Shown: one piece after another, positions 55,839 through 64,000 of the stretch
Position numbering within the stretch: position 1 is the stretch's first letter
How the letters are laid out: the number at the start of each line of letters is the position of its first letter
IMG/VR virus record: IMGVR_UViG_3300037852_000055
Location: 36,045-100,044 of that record
DNA from: a virus
DNA length: 64,000 bases
Direction: 5' to 3' (one strand)
Notes under the pieces: generated by a model
What the model was told of the DNA's origin: nothing
Database searches by the model: none
Seen by the model: only the letters and a program-made list of their open reading frames with translations
Position numbers and translations under genes: made by a program

Positions 55839-58800
55839 GTGGGCCACAACCTTGAGCAATTAGGTACAGCTTCTTTAGATACGATGGGTGGTCTCTATGC
55901 ACAGGCTAATCCTCAGGATCTTCCAGAGGGAGCTTCTCCTCGAACCTATGATACAGATTTTATTGTAGGCAGTGTGTTTACTCGACCAGGCCTTGTTTCT
56001 ATATACACATACACTAACACTCTAAACATTACCAAAGTGATCATTGGTAGCGGTAATGTTGGTATGTTTTCTTACAATGGGGCAACAATCCCAGTTATAA
56101 ACGAAGGCTTTTTACTACAGGGATTTACTGGTGCAGCTGAGTTTCTTAACGATCAAGTAGTGTATGTATTAGCTACCAACACTATGCTAGGCATATTCAC
56201 TGCAGTTGTTGTGGGGCCTTCTGGAGCGTATATAAATTTATCAGGAACTGCTATATCTACTGTGGGGCAGTTTGTCGGCCCCAATGCCCCAACGGTTGCA
56301 GTCAATGCAGTTTTAGATGGGGTTCCTTGGAGTAACCCAGGGGGTATTCTTGGGGACACTAGTTATGCTTCTGTGGCTTCTTCTGGACTAGTAAACTCAG
56401 AACTGATACCAGAAGTGTCTGTGAATGACGGTTCAGGGACAACTTCAAAGCCTGCTTGGTCTAATCCCAGTAATGTGACTTCTACTTCTAGTTTAGCAAC
56501 TGTAGTGTTGACCAGTTCGCCTTTGCAGCTTAGCTCTGTAGATATAGTTTCTACAGGACTTGGATTAGAGTTGCCTAGTAATGCGGTTATAGAAGGGCTT
56601 TCAATATCTTTACAATCGGCCTTTGCATTTTCCGGCACCACTACAGGAAATCAAGGCCCTTTAGAGGGTAGTGTGTCATCAGGAGCAGGGTGGTCTGGTT
56701 CTATAGCTTCTGGAGGCTCAGCCTCTATAGTTGTAAACCCTGGAACACAATCTTCAGTACTAACAGGCTCTTCCTTTGGTTTTAGTATTCCTACTACAGC
56801 CACTATAACGGGGATTTCTGCTACAGTGACAGCTTCTACTATAAATGGGGCAAACCAAATAGGGACTTTGATTCTTCACTTAACTTTAGGAGGAGAAAAG
56901 GTACAGCTTCTAACGTCTTCCCCAGTAAGAACTACATATGGAGGAAGTACAGACCTTTGGAGTATTCCAAGTGTTTCTGTTTCTCAAATAAATTCTTCTA
57001 GTTTTGGAATAGAACTACAAGGCTCGGCCCCTGTATCTACAGACCCCCCACACTTTGTAGCTGGGACTGCGGACATAACTGTTAGTGATGTAGTTTTGAC
57101 TGTGTATTATAACAATGGTGGGGCGTCTGGAAATGCTTCTGTAAGCCTACAGCTTACCCAGGCCGGGACAGCTATAGGGTCAGTAACAAGTTTTGCTTTG
57201 ACTAACTCCCTTACCACCTATGTGGCAGGGTCTCCTTTTTATCTTTGGGGAACAGCATTAACTCCGTCTGTGGTAAATGATCCAACTTTTGGGGTTTTAA
57301 TTGGAGCACAATCTGGGGTGTTTGAACCTAACACTTCTTACACCATTGATGCTAACAATCTTCAATTTACTTTGTACTACAGTGTTACTGGTACAGACGG
57401 TTTACAAGCCAAAGCTTTTAATTTTTCAATACAACCCACTAACGGAGTGACAGGTTTAGAAACTACTTATCAAGCTTATAGTAGTTCTTCCAATACATTA
57501 ACTTTCCAGTTGATAAAGAATGGGGTAGCCGTAGGTGTGCCTAAGGTGCAAACTATTACTACTACACCTACTATTTATTCTCTAGGAGGAGGAAATGATC
57601 TCTGGGGAACTGCATGGTCTTACTCTGACATAAACAGCGTAGGGTTTGGATGGCAGGTTACTTCTTCTGGCGGTGGCACAGCGTTTATAAATGATGTTGA
57701 TATGCTTGTATTTATCACGCCTGGACTAGCAGACTTTAACTACATAAAATCTTACATACAGAACAACGAGAGAATCACTACGTTAGCTTTAGATTCTCTT
57801 GGAAATATGTGGGGTGAAGATGTAACGGATCTCCCTGGTATTTTTTCTTTGGAGAGCATTTATATAACCCCTGGAACTTATGCTAAGAGCGCAACTTCAG
57901 ACAATCAAGAGTATATTGTATTCTCTAATCTAAGAGTTGGAACGGACAGACCTAGGGTAGCAAGTATAAATTCATCGGATGAAGTACAATTTTTGCCGTT
58001 GTCACAAATAGGCCCAGGGGCTCCCCCATCGTTTACAGCTTCTTTAGGCAATGGTATTAATGCTCTGGTAGTAACCGCATACTCTATAGTATCTGGGGTA
58101 GCAACTTTTACATTTACTGCCGTAGCAGGATTTACACCTTCCGTGGGGTCTCTATATTTGATCTCAGGAACAGGAAACACTGGGTTGGATGGAAATACTT
58201 TTATAGTTCTTGGAACCCCAGCACCAACTTCTACTACGTTTTCTGTTTCAACAACTGCAGTGGGGTCTGGATCAGGCCTAAGTGCCGAAGCAACTCCAGC
58301 CTATAGCTACAGCATTTCTTCTATAACACAACCAGCGGCAGCGCCATTTAACGGACAAATACTTCTATGGAGTGCTGGCCCTAGTTCTACCACCCCAGGA
58401 ACTACTCTTACATTTTTCTATGGGGGAGCAGGGCAAGCAGAGAACCCCGGCATATTAACAGCTTTTAACTCTAATAACCCATGTATAGTTTACATTACAG
58501 GGGTTCCAGCCGGAGCGCCTGGAAACGGTACATGGTTAGTTACAAGCCACGGCATAGGGGTTCCTCCTAGTGAAAACCTTAGTGTTCCTTTCTTTACTGT
58601 AACTTATACCTCCTCTAATTACCAAAGGTATGGTGGGCCAGGAGGTTCTGGGCCAAACGGCCCCGGAAATGATGGTAACTTCCAAATAACTTTAGCCACT
58701 ATAGACACAAACACTTTTGTGGCAGACTTATCTTCAGGGGATACCATACAAATTACCGGAGCAATTCCGGCTGGATGGAACAGTAGTTGGACAGTACAAA

Positions 58801-61409
58801 GCCCTCTTAAGAGCGCAACGCTTAATATCACTTCCAGTGCTATGAGTTCTGGAGGAGTTGCAACCTATGGGTATACCATCACTAGTACCCCAGCAGTGTC
58901 CCCTGTTAATGGGCAATTGGTTACCACCAGCAACTTAACCAACGCTGCAGTATTTAATACTACAGGGGTTATGTCTAATGTAACTGGGTCAACTTTCCAA
59001 ATTTCGGGGTTTCCAGCAGGAAATGCAATACTCCAAGCAGTGGAAGATGGACAAGCAGTTACATTTGGAACTTCCTTTACATTTGATCCTGGTACTAATG
59101 ATGTTGGCACTACTACTCCTTCCCCTATATTTGGAAATGATACAGGAACGGGACTGTTATCGGTGGTGGGGTCTTCTATTGTTCCTATAGGAGCAGGTAC
59201 ACGGCAGGGTGTAGTGTTTTTTATAACGGAAAGTGGGTATGAAACTGCAGCATCTGCCCCAGCAGTATTTACTACGTCAGAGGATGCTAATTTTATCTTT
59301 GCTAGTAATCTTCCTATTGGCCCTCCCAATGTTATTGCAAGAGGCATTGCTTTTACAGAGGCAGGGCAAAACGGTGTACCTGGAGAAAATTTTTATGTAA
59401 TACCAAATCCAGTAACCATTACCGTAGGAAACACATCAACAACCTACACAGCTACTATTGTACAAGATAACACCACAACTAGTGCTAAGTTTTCGTTTAC
59501 AGATGCTGTTCTTCTTAAATCTCAAGCCATAGATATACAAGGTAATGACCTGTTTAACTTGGTTGAGCTTGGAAGTTCTGCTTGGTGTTTGCCTTATGCT
59601 GGTCGTATGTTTTATGGGTTACAATTAAACAAAATTAACAACTGGACTTCCGGTGGAGGACTTACCTTTGACGGAGGCTACTTGTCCAACGGGGTAAATG
59701 GCAGTGCTGCTAGCGAGAACGTTGCACTCCTTGGTGGCCCCTATGCTAATTTACAGCCTTTAGGTTGGAACATAGGCACGGCTGTTGACCAAACATTAGT
59801 AACTAGTCCTATTGCTGGGCAGTCCTTGTATATAAAAGACACATATCCTGGCACAACTGCTAAGGTGGGACTTATATGGCAAACTGCATACAGAGATCCA
59901 TACCAAGTTGCTATCATAAACCCTAATACAGAATACTCGGTTAGAGTAACCGCAGAGTGTCCTTCCGGTGTAAACCAAGGAACATTAGTGATTGATCTTA
60001 CTGACTATAACCCAGGCATTGGCTTTGGCCAAACTTATGGGTCATTTTCTGTGCCACTGATTAGCATGACTTCTAACATGCAGGTATTTGTAGGAGCATT
60101 GTTGACCACTCCATTTACAACAGGAGTATCACAAAATTTACAGATACGTATGTATGTACAAAACATGGGATACTTATCGGACTGCCTTGTGGATAGAGTA
60201 GAGGTTTTCCCCACGGCACAACCTTATATACTCGCCCAGGTGTATGGGTCTTACGCAGACGATCTAGAAGCAATTGATGCGTCTGGTTCTGGTGGAATCA
60301 TTAATACCACATCAGAGAATCCCCAAGCATGTCTGGGTGGTTTTGTAATGCACGATGAGATGTATCTTCTAAAGTTAAACTCATGGTATGCAGCACAGGA
60401 CAACCCAAACTCTGAGCCGGGAGGCTGGTCTCTTAGGGAGATCTCTAATAGAGTTGGTACCTGCGGCATAAATGCCTATGATACTGGAGAAGAGTGGGCG
60501 GTCACTGCTTGTAGAGAAGGAATCTACGGCTTTAACGGTGGACAGCCAGTTAAGCTGATGCAAGAACTGTGGAATCTTTGGGAAACAATTAATTGGGAAG
60601 CTGGGAATACAATTTGGCTTCGCAATGACATTGTTAACAAGAGAATCCTATGTGCTGTGCCTTTACCTACGGGCACTAATCCTGTTACAGGGGTTCCAAC
60701 AGCCACTACCCTATGGTTGCCTAATTCACCATACAACCCTGCTCCGGTTTCCCCAAACGTAATGCTCATGCTCAATTACCAAGCATTTGCCACGTTTGAT
60801 GAAATGATCAGCGGCATGCCTGTCCACTCTACTATGTTTGGCACCTTAGCGGCTCCAGACATGAGGAGAAAGTGGTCTATTTGGCAGATACCTAGTCCAT
60901 ACGCTGATTTTATTACAAGGCAAGATGGGTTAGATCAACCTTTATTCATAGGGAACGGAATAGACTCTTCTAAGATTTATAGGTTAGACAATAACCAAAA
61001 ATCTGACGATGGTGTTGCTATAGATTCTCTTTATTGTACCTATGGGTTTACGAACGCGACGAAGAGCACTACCATCCCCATACTAGGCATGCACCGAAAA
61101 CAGTTTTCTGTTTTTCAAACAACTATTGAAGGTGCAGGAAATGCTAGTGTTACTTTGTACCCAGATACATTGGGAGCTAAGTATCCCTATGTTATACCAG
61201 GAGGAATAAACCTAAGTAACCCTGCAATGCAAGATGCATTTAGACCTTTGAATGTGGTTGGCAATAGACTCTTTGTAGAGACTAGAACCAATGCAGTTGG
61301 AAGCTGGTTCAACCTTGATAAACTGTTGCTTACTGGCAGAAGTGCTCCTTACTCTAACCTCAATCCTCTTGGAGGAATGAATAGAGGCATAGTTGCAGGA
61401 GCTACATAG
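55839..61409 (+). CDS. Large tail (nozzle/stabilisation-type) protein with inserted beta domains, 1856 aa
   Basis: GGL......DLP.GASP...D...G...RPG N-terminus; repeated GG..DLWG domains. Confidence 0.65.
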   Translation: MGHNLEQLGTASLDTMGGLYAQANPQDLPEGASPRTYDTDFIVGSVFTRPGLVSIYTYTNTLNITKVIIGSGNVGMFSYNGATIPVINEGFLLQGFTGAAEFLNDQVVYVLATNTMLGIFTAVVVGPSGAYINLSGTAISTVGQFVGPNAPTVAVNAVLDGVPWSNPGGILGDTSYASVASSGLVNSELIPEVSVNDGSGTTSKPAWSNPSNVTSTSSLATVVLTSSPLQLSSVDIVSTGLGLELPSNAVIEGLSISLQSAFAFSGTTTGNQGPLEGSVSSGAGWSGSIASGGSASIVVNPGTQSSVLTGSSFGFSIPTTATITGISATVTASTINGANQIGTLILHLTLGGEKVQLLTSSPVRTTYGGSTDLWSIPSVSVSQINSSSFGIELQGSAPVSTDPPHFVAGTADITVSDVVLTVYYNNGGASGNASVSLQLTQAGTAIGSVTSFALTNSLTTYVAGSPFYLWGTALTPSVVNDPTFGVLIGAQSGVFEPNTSYTIDANNLQFTLYYSVTGTDGLQAKAFNFSIQPTNGVTGLETTYQAYSSSSNTLTFQLIKNGVAVGVPKVQTITTTPTIYSLGGGNDLWGTAWSYSDINSVGFGWQVTSSGGGTAFINDVDMLVFITPGLADFNYIKSYIQNNERITTLALDSLGNMWGEDVTDLPGIFSLESIYITPGTYAKSATSDNQEYIVFSNLRVGTDRPRVASINSSDEVQFLPLSQIGPGAPPSFTASLGNGINALVVTAYSIVSGVATFTFTAVAGFTPSVGSLYLISGTGNTGLDGNTFIVLGTPAPTSTTFSVSTTAVGSGSGLSAEATPAYSYSISSITQPAAAPFNGQILLWSAGPSSTTPGTTLTFFYGGAGQAENPGILTAFNSNNPCIVYITGVPAGAPGNGTWLVTSHGIGVPPSENLSVPFFTVTYTSSNYQRYGGPGGSGPNGPGNDGNFQITLATIDTNTFVADLSSGDTIQITGAIPAGWNSSWTVQSPLKSATLNITSSAMSSGGVATYGYTITSTPAVSPVNGQLVTTSNLTNAAVFNTTGVMSNVTGSTFQISGFPAGNAILQAVEDGQAVTFGTSFTFDPGTNDVGTTTPSPIFGNDTGTGLLSVVGSSIVPIGAGTRQGVVFFITESGYETAASAPAVFTTSEDANFIFASNLPIGPPNVIARGIAFTEAGQNGVPGENFYVIPNPVTITVGNTSTTYTATIVQDNTTTSAKFSFTDAVLLKSQAIDIQGNDLFNLVELGSSAWCLPYAGRMFYGLQLNKINNWTSGGGLTFDGGYLSNGVNGSAASENVALLGGPYANLQPLGWNIGTAVDQTLVTSPIAGQSLYIKDTYPGTTAKVGLIWQTAYRDPYQVAIINPNTEYSVRVTAECPSGVNQGTLVIDLTDYNPGIGFGQTYGSFSVPLISMTSNMQVFVGALLTTPFTTGVSQNLQIRMYVQNMGYLSDCLVDRVEVFPTAQPYILAQVYGSYADDLEAIDASGSGGIINTTSENPQACLGGFVMHDEMYLLKLNSWYAAQDNPNSEPGGWSLREISNRVGTCGINAYDTGEEWAVTACREGIYGFNGGQPVKLMQELWNLWETINWEAGNTIWLRNDIVNKRILCAVPLPTGTNPVTGVPTATTLWLPNSPYNPAPVSPNVMLMLNYQAFATFDEMISGMPVHSTMFGTLAAPDMRRKWSIWQIPSPYADFITRQDGLDQPLFIGNGIDSSKIYRLDNNQKSDDGVAIDSLYCTYGFTNATKSTTIPILGMHRKQFSVFQTTIEGAGNASVTLYPDTLGAKYPYVIPGGINLSNPAMQDAFRPLNVVGNRLFVETRTNAVGSWFNLDKLLLTGRSAPYSNLNPLGGMNRGIVAGAT

Positions 61410-61410
61410 T

Positions 61411-61517
61411 TTGTGGTATACTAAAGTTAGGTGAGAAATCCTAAGGCTTAGCGGCCTTAGGCTAGAGTTTGGGAGGTGCCTGATACACCTCCCTTCTCGA
61501 CCTTATCAGGAGGAAAA
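61411..61517 (+). ncRNA. Extended -10 element plus endonuclease-leader pseudoknot RNA, copy D
   Basis: TGTGgTATACT; hairpin 61440-61461; stem GGGAGGUG/CACCUCCC; loop CCUGAUA pairs with UAUCAGG 61504-61510. Confidence 0.8.
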
Positions 61518-62237
61518 ATGCAAGTGTACTTAATTACGAACAAAGTTAATGGTAAACAATATGTAGGACAGACCACCAAGACACTGAGTCATAGGTGGAC
61601 AGAGCATTTAGATTACAGTAATAACCCAAACAAAAGATTAACAGTTTTTCATAAAGCCCTTTTTAAATATGGAAAAGACGCTTTTTCTATAGAGCCTCTG
61701 CACGGTTGTGTTAGTAAATTTGAAATGGATTTTGTTGAAACTTTCTACATACACTTTTTAGGCACTAAACTTCCTAATGGTTACAACATGACAGAGGGTG
61801 GGGACGGAGTTTTTGGGTACAAAGCCACAGATGGTACTATACAGAAAATAAAAGAAGCACGTGCTAAGCAAGTTATGCCTCCTGTAACTGAAGAGACTAG
61901 ACGTAAAATGAGCATAGGCATAAGTGCAGCTAAGCCTTGGAAACATGGAACTAAAACTGGGAGAGTAAATCACAAATGTGATTGTGAGCTGTGCAGACAG
62001 TGGGCTAGAGATAAGTGGCAGAGAGATAAAGCCAAGATAATTCAAAAGAAAATAGAACAAGGGTTGCCTTTAGAACGGCAATCATGGAACAAAGGCACTG
62101 CCAGAGGTTACTACAAAACTACAAATAATAACTGGCAAATAACCTTTTGGATAAAAGGAAAACTAAAAAGCTTTGGTACTTTTGATAAAAAGAGAGATGC
62201 CAAAGCTTGGGCAGACATTATTAAAAAGGACATATAA
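61518..62237 (+). CDS. GIY-YIG homing endonuclease (NUMOD3-type, AP2-like tail)
   Basis: VYLITN.VNGK.YVGQT...GYNMTEGG; TEETRRKMS. Confidence 0.9.
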   Translation: MQVYLITNKVNGKQYVGQTTKTLSHRWTEHLDYSNNPNKRLTVFHKALFKYGKDAFSIEPLHGCVSKFEMDFVETFYIHFLGTKLPNGYNMTEGGDGVFGYKATDGTIQKIKEARAKQVMPPVTEETRRKMSIGISAAKPWKHGTKTGRVNHKCDCELCRQWARDKWQRDKAKIIQKKIEQGLPLERQSWNKGTARGYYKTTNNNWQITFWIKGKLKSFGTFDKKRDAKAWADIIKKDI

Positions 62238-62240
62238 CCC

Positions 62241-62867
62241 ATGGCACTTGGCAAAACAGCTCAACTTGAATATGGCAGGGAAATACCCTACTTAGATCAA
62301 AAGGACTCATACCTTGGGTCAATCCTTAGGAGAGTCGTGGATGCAGTTAATCAAGTAGCTACTTCCTCTGGTGTTGCTGCTGTGGGTAAAGTAGCTCTCC
62401 CACCTAATGTGGATTCGGTTCAAGTCCAAGGTGCTCAAGCTGGGAACGTGATCACTTGCCCATCAGAAGTTTTGCATTGGACAATTGCCCATAATCAAAC
62501 TGTTAGTAAAAATATTAGGTATTTCTCGGAGATAGATACTACTCCAAACTTTACACAACCTCACGTAGTTGACCACGGTACTTCCCGTACAGGGTTCTTG
62601 ACACTACCAACGTTTTCAAGTGCAGGAGTTAAAACTAATTACTATTTACGAAGTTACGCGCAATACCCAGGATCAGACCCATGCAGGCCAACGGTGGTAG
62701 GTAATCTTACGGGAGCAACACAAATAAACATGGGAGGAACCAGTGTTACTGCCTTACTTCCTTCCACAGGTTCAGGAACAGCAAGTTTTAGTGGTGAGCA
62801 GGGTGGTCAGGGTCTTGGTGCAAACCAACAACGCCCTAAACCTCAACCAAAGAGAAATGTAACTTAG
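62241..62867 (+). CDS. Hypothetical virion protein
   Basis: ORF track; late cluster. Confidence 0.65.
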   Translation: MALGKTAQLEYGREIPYLDQKDSYLGSILRRVVDAVNQVATSSGVAAVGKVALPPNVDSVQVQGAQAGNVITCPSEVLHWTIAHNQTVSKNIRYFSEIDTTPNFTQPHVVDHGTSRTGFLTLPTFSSAGVKTNYYLRSYAQYPGSDPCRPTVVGNLTGATQINMGGTSVTALLPSTGSGTASFSGEQGGQGLGANQQRPKPQPKRNVT

Positions 62868-62874
62868 GAAGGCA

Positions 62875-63528
62875 ATGATGAACGTTATTTATAAGTTTTG
62901 GTTACAGCAGTTTTTACAAATGATATGCCCAGCCTTCTTGGGTTTAGGTTCTGGCACGTTTTCTGGGCAAGCGTCTAATCAATATAATCAAGCAAACACA
63001 GCTGCTGGTCAGTATGGACAGGGTGCACAAGCTGAGAGTGCTCAGCTCAATCCTTTTTTCTCTCAAGAGATGAAAGCCAAGCATCTCTATGACCCAAATC
63101 AAATAAACGAAATGCTTACGGCGTCCGAAGCAGGAAGCGGGGGAGCTGCTGGTGCACTCACTGGTCAAGCTGGGTTAGAAGCTCAGCGTACTAGAAACGC
63201 CTCTGGGTTTACTAAGTCACTCGATGAGATTGCTAGGGATCAAACCAAAGCATCTGCAGGAACTTCCGAAGGAATTGCCGCTGAAGATATAATGGGAGCA
63301 AAGAAACTAAATCAAGAAGGGGCCGCAGGAATGCAGGGCCTCTATGGTACAAATGTTGGCGCTCAATTGAAAGCCATGGGTCAAGCCAACGAAGACATTG
63401 GTACAGAAATGAAAGCCCAACAGCAAGGGCCAACTTGGTTGCAAGGGTTAAAACAATTTAGCCAAGCAACCGATACTTTGGGCAACATAGCTGGAAATGC
63501 TACTATGATCCCAGGCGTAGACTTTTAA
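62875..63528 (+). CDS. Probable ejection/internal virion protein
   Basis: A/G/Q-rich helical composition; position after tail genes. Confidence 0.55.
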   Translation: MMNVIYKFWLQQFLQMICPAFLGLGSGTFSGQASNQYNQANTAAGQYGQGAQAESAQLNPFFSQEMKAKHLYDPNQINEMLTASEAGSGGAAGALTGQAGLEAQRTRNASGFTKSLDEIARDQTKASAGTSEGIAAEDIMGAKKLNQEGAAGMQGLYGTNVGAQLKAMGQANEDIGTEMKAQQQGPTWLQGLKQFSQATDTLGNIAGNATMIPGVDF

Positions 63529-63546
63529 TTTTACACAGGAGAAAAC

Positions 63547-64000
63547 ATGACTACATCAATGATGAAACGATTGGATACTCCTAAGGGAATCCCTGTGTAT
63601 GATAGAGGAGGAGAAGTTGACACTAAGGGCAAAGAACCCACAGGAATGCACACTAAGAGGGGTGGAAGTGCAGCTACAGGCATGGAAGGGTATAAGCCTG
63701 GGTTTTGGAACAGAGTTAAATACAATGTTCAGCACCCTGAGAATGAAAAGGACAAAACCAAAACTGATCCTAATTTAGAAGAAATGGACAAGGAAAACAC
63801 TAATCAGCCTGACCCTTCTAGACAAAGCCCTATTTACAATCCTTCTACTCCTAATTATGATTCTGGAGGTGAAGTACCTGAGCCAAATAATGAAAAACAG
63901 GTTGACGTAGCCGATGGGCAGCATCAATTAGCTGTGCTCAAAGACGGGGAAAAGGTATTGTCTCCTGAGGAATCCGTTGCGTACAAAGCTGGACAACAAA
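63547..64000 (+). CDS. Partial ORF running off the right edge; probable internal virion protein
   Basis: AGGAG RBS; open frame with repeated YD.GGEV. Confidence 0.6.
   Translation, partial: MTTSMMKRLDTPKGIPVYDRGGEVDTKGKEPTGMHTKRGGSAATGMEGYKPGFWNRVKYNVQHPENEKDKTKTDPNLEEMDKENTNQPDPSRQSPIYNPSTPNYDSGGEVPEPNNEKQVDVADGQHQLAVLKDGEKVLSPEESVAYKAGQQ

Noticed and set aside
61476-61517. Upstream GTG/TTG extensions of endonuclease ORFs (also 24638, 38617, 41739)
   Set aside because: These starts lie within or before the RNA leaders; the RBS-proximal ATGs at 61518, 24659, 38746 and 41760 fit better.
24576-61520. Endonuclease leader as a known self-cleaving ribozyme or IscB omegaRNA/HEARO
   Set aside because: No hammerhead, twister, pistol or HDV core recognisable by eye; too short for omegaRNA, and the ORFs lack RuvC motifs. 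A formal Rfam search is still needed.
1-64000. Stop-codon recoding, diversity-generating retroelement, integrase/prophage boundaries
   Set aside because: Genes are full length in the standard code; no reverse transcriptase, integrase or host genes seen.

Overview
A 64-kb segment of a large, podovirus-like tailed dsDNA phage; no host genes are evident. The host is tentatively Acidobacteriota, a weak inference from one protein motif. Layout: (1) 1-13.1 kb is a leftward early/accessory arm (ParB-like protein, deaminase, HNH, CxxC-less TrxR-like flavoprotein, ART-like protein, many small ORFs, several long RNA hairpins). (2) 13.1-14.4 kb is non-coding. (3) 16.7-24.2 kb is a leftward replication module (family A DNA polymerase, class II RNR, MazG-like protein, RNase H). 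(4) 24.6-64 kb is a rightward late arm (tRNA-Asn, terminase, portal, scaffold, major capsid, GroES-like protein, adaptor, tail proteins, a four-gene glycosylation module, ejection-type proteins). Signals the ORF track misses: (a) the capsid gene is split by three ORF-less group I introns and splices to 445 aa; (b) a covarying hairpin + pseudoknot RNA leader, whose loop pairs with bases abutting the RBS, precedes five free-standing endonuclease genes of different families; (c) a 25-bp palindrome lies both inside the parB-like gene and at the replication-operon promoter; (d) the early arm has an array of long-stem hairpins including a tRNA mimic; (e) a GC-rich gene is bounded by 23-bp inverted repeats. 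All protein calls are from motif recognition by eye; no searches were run.
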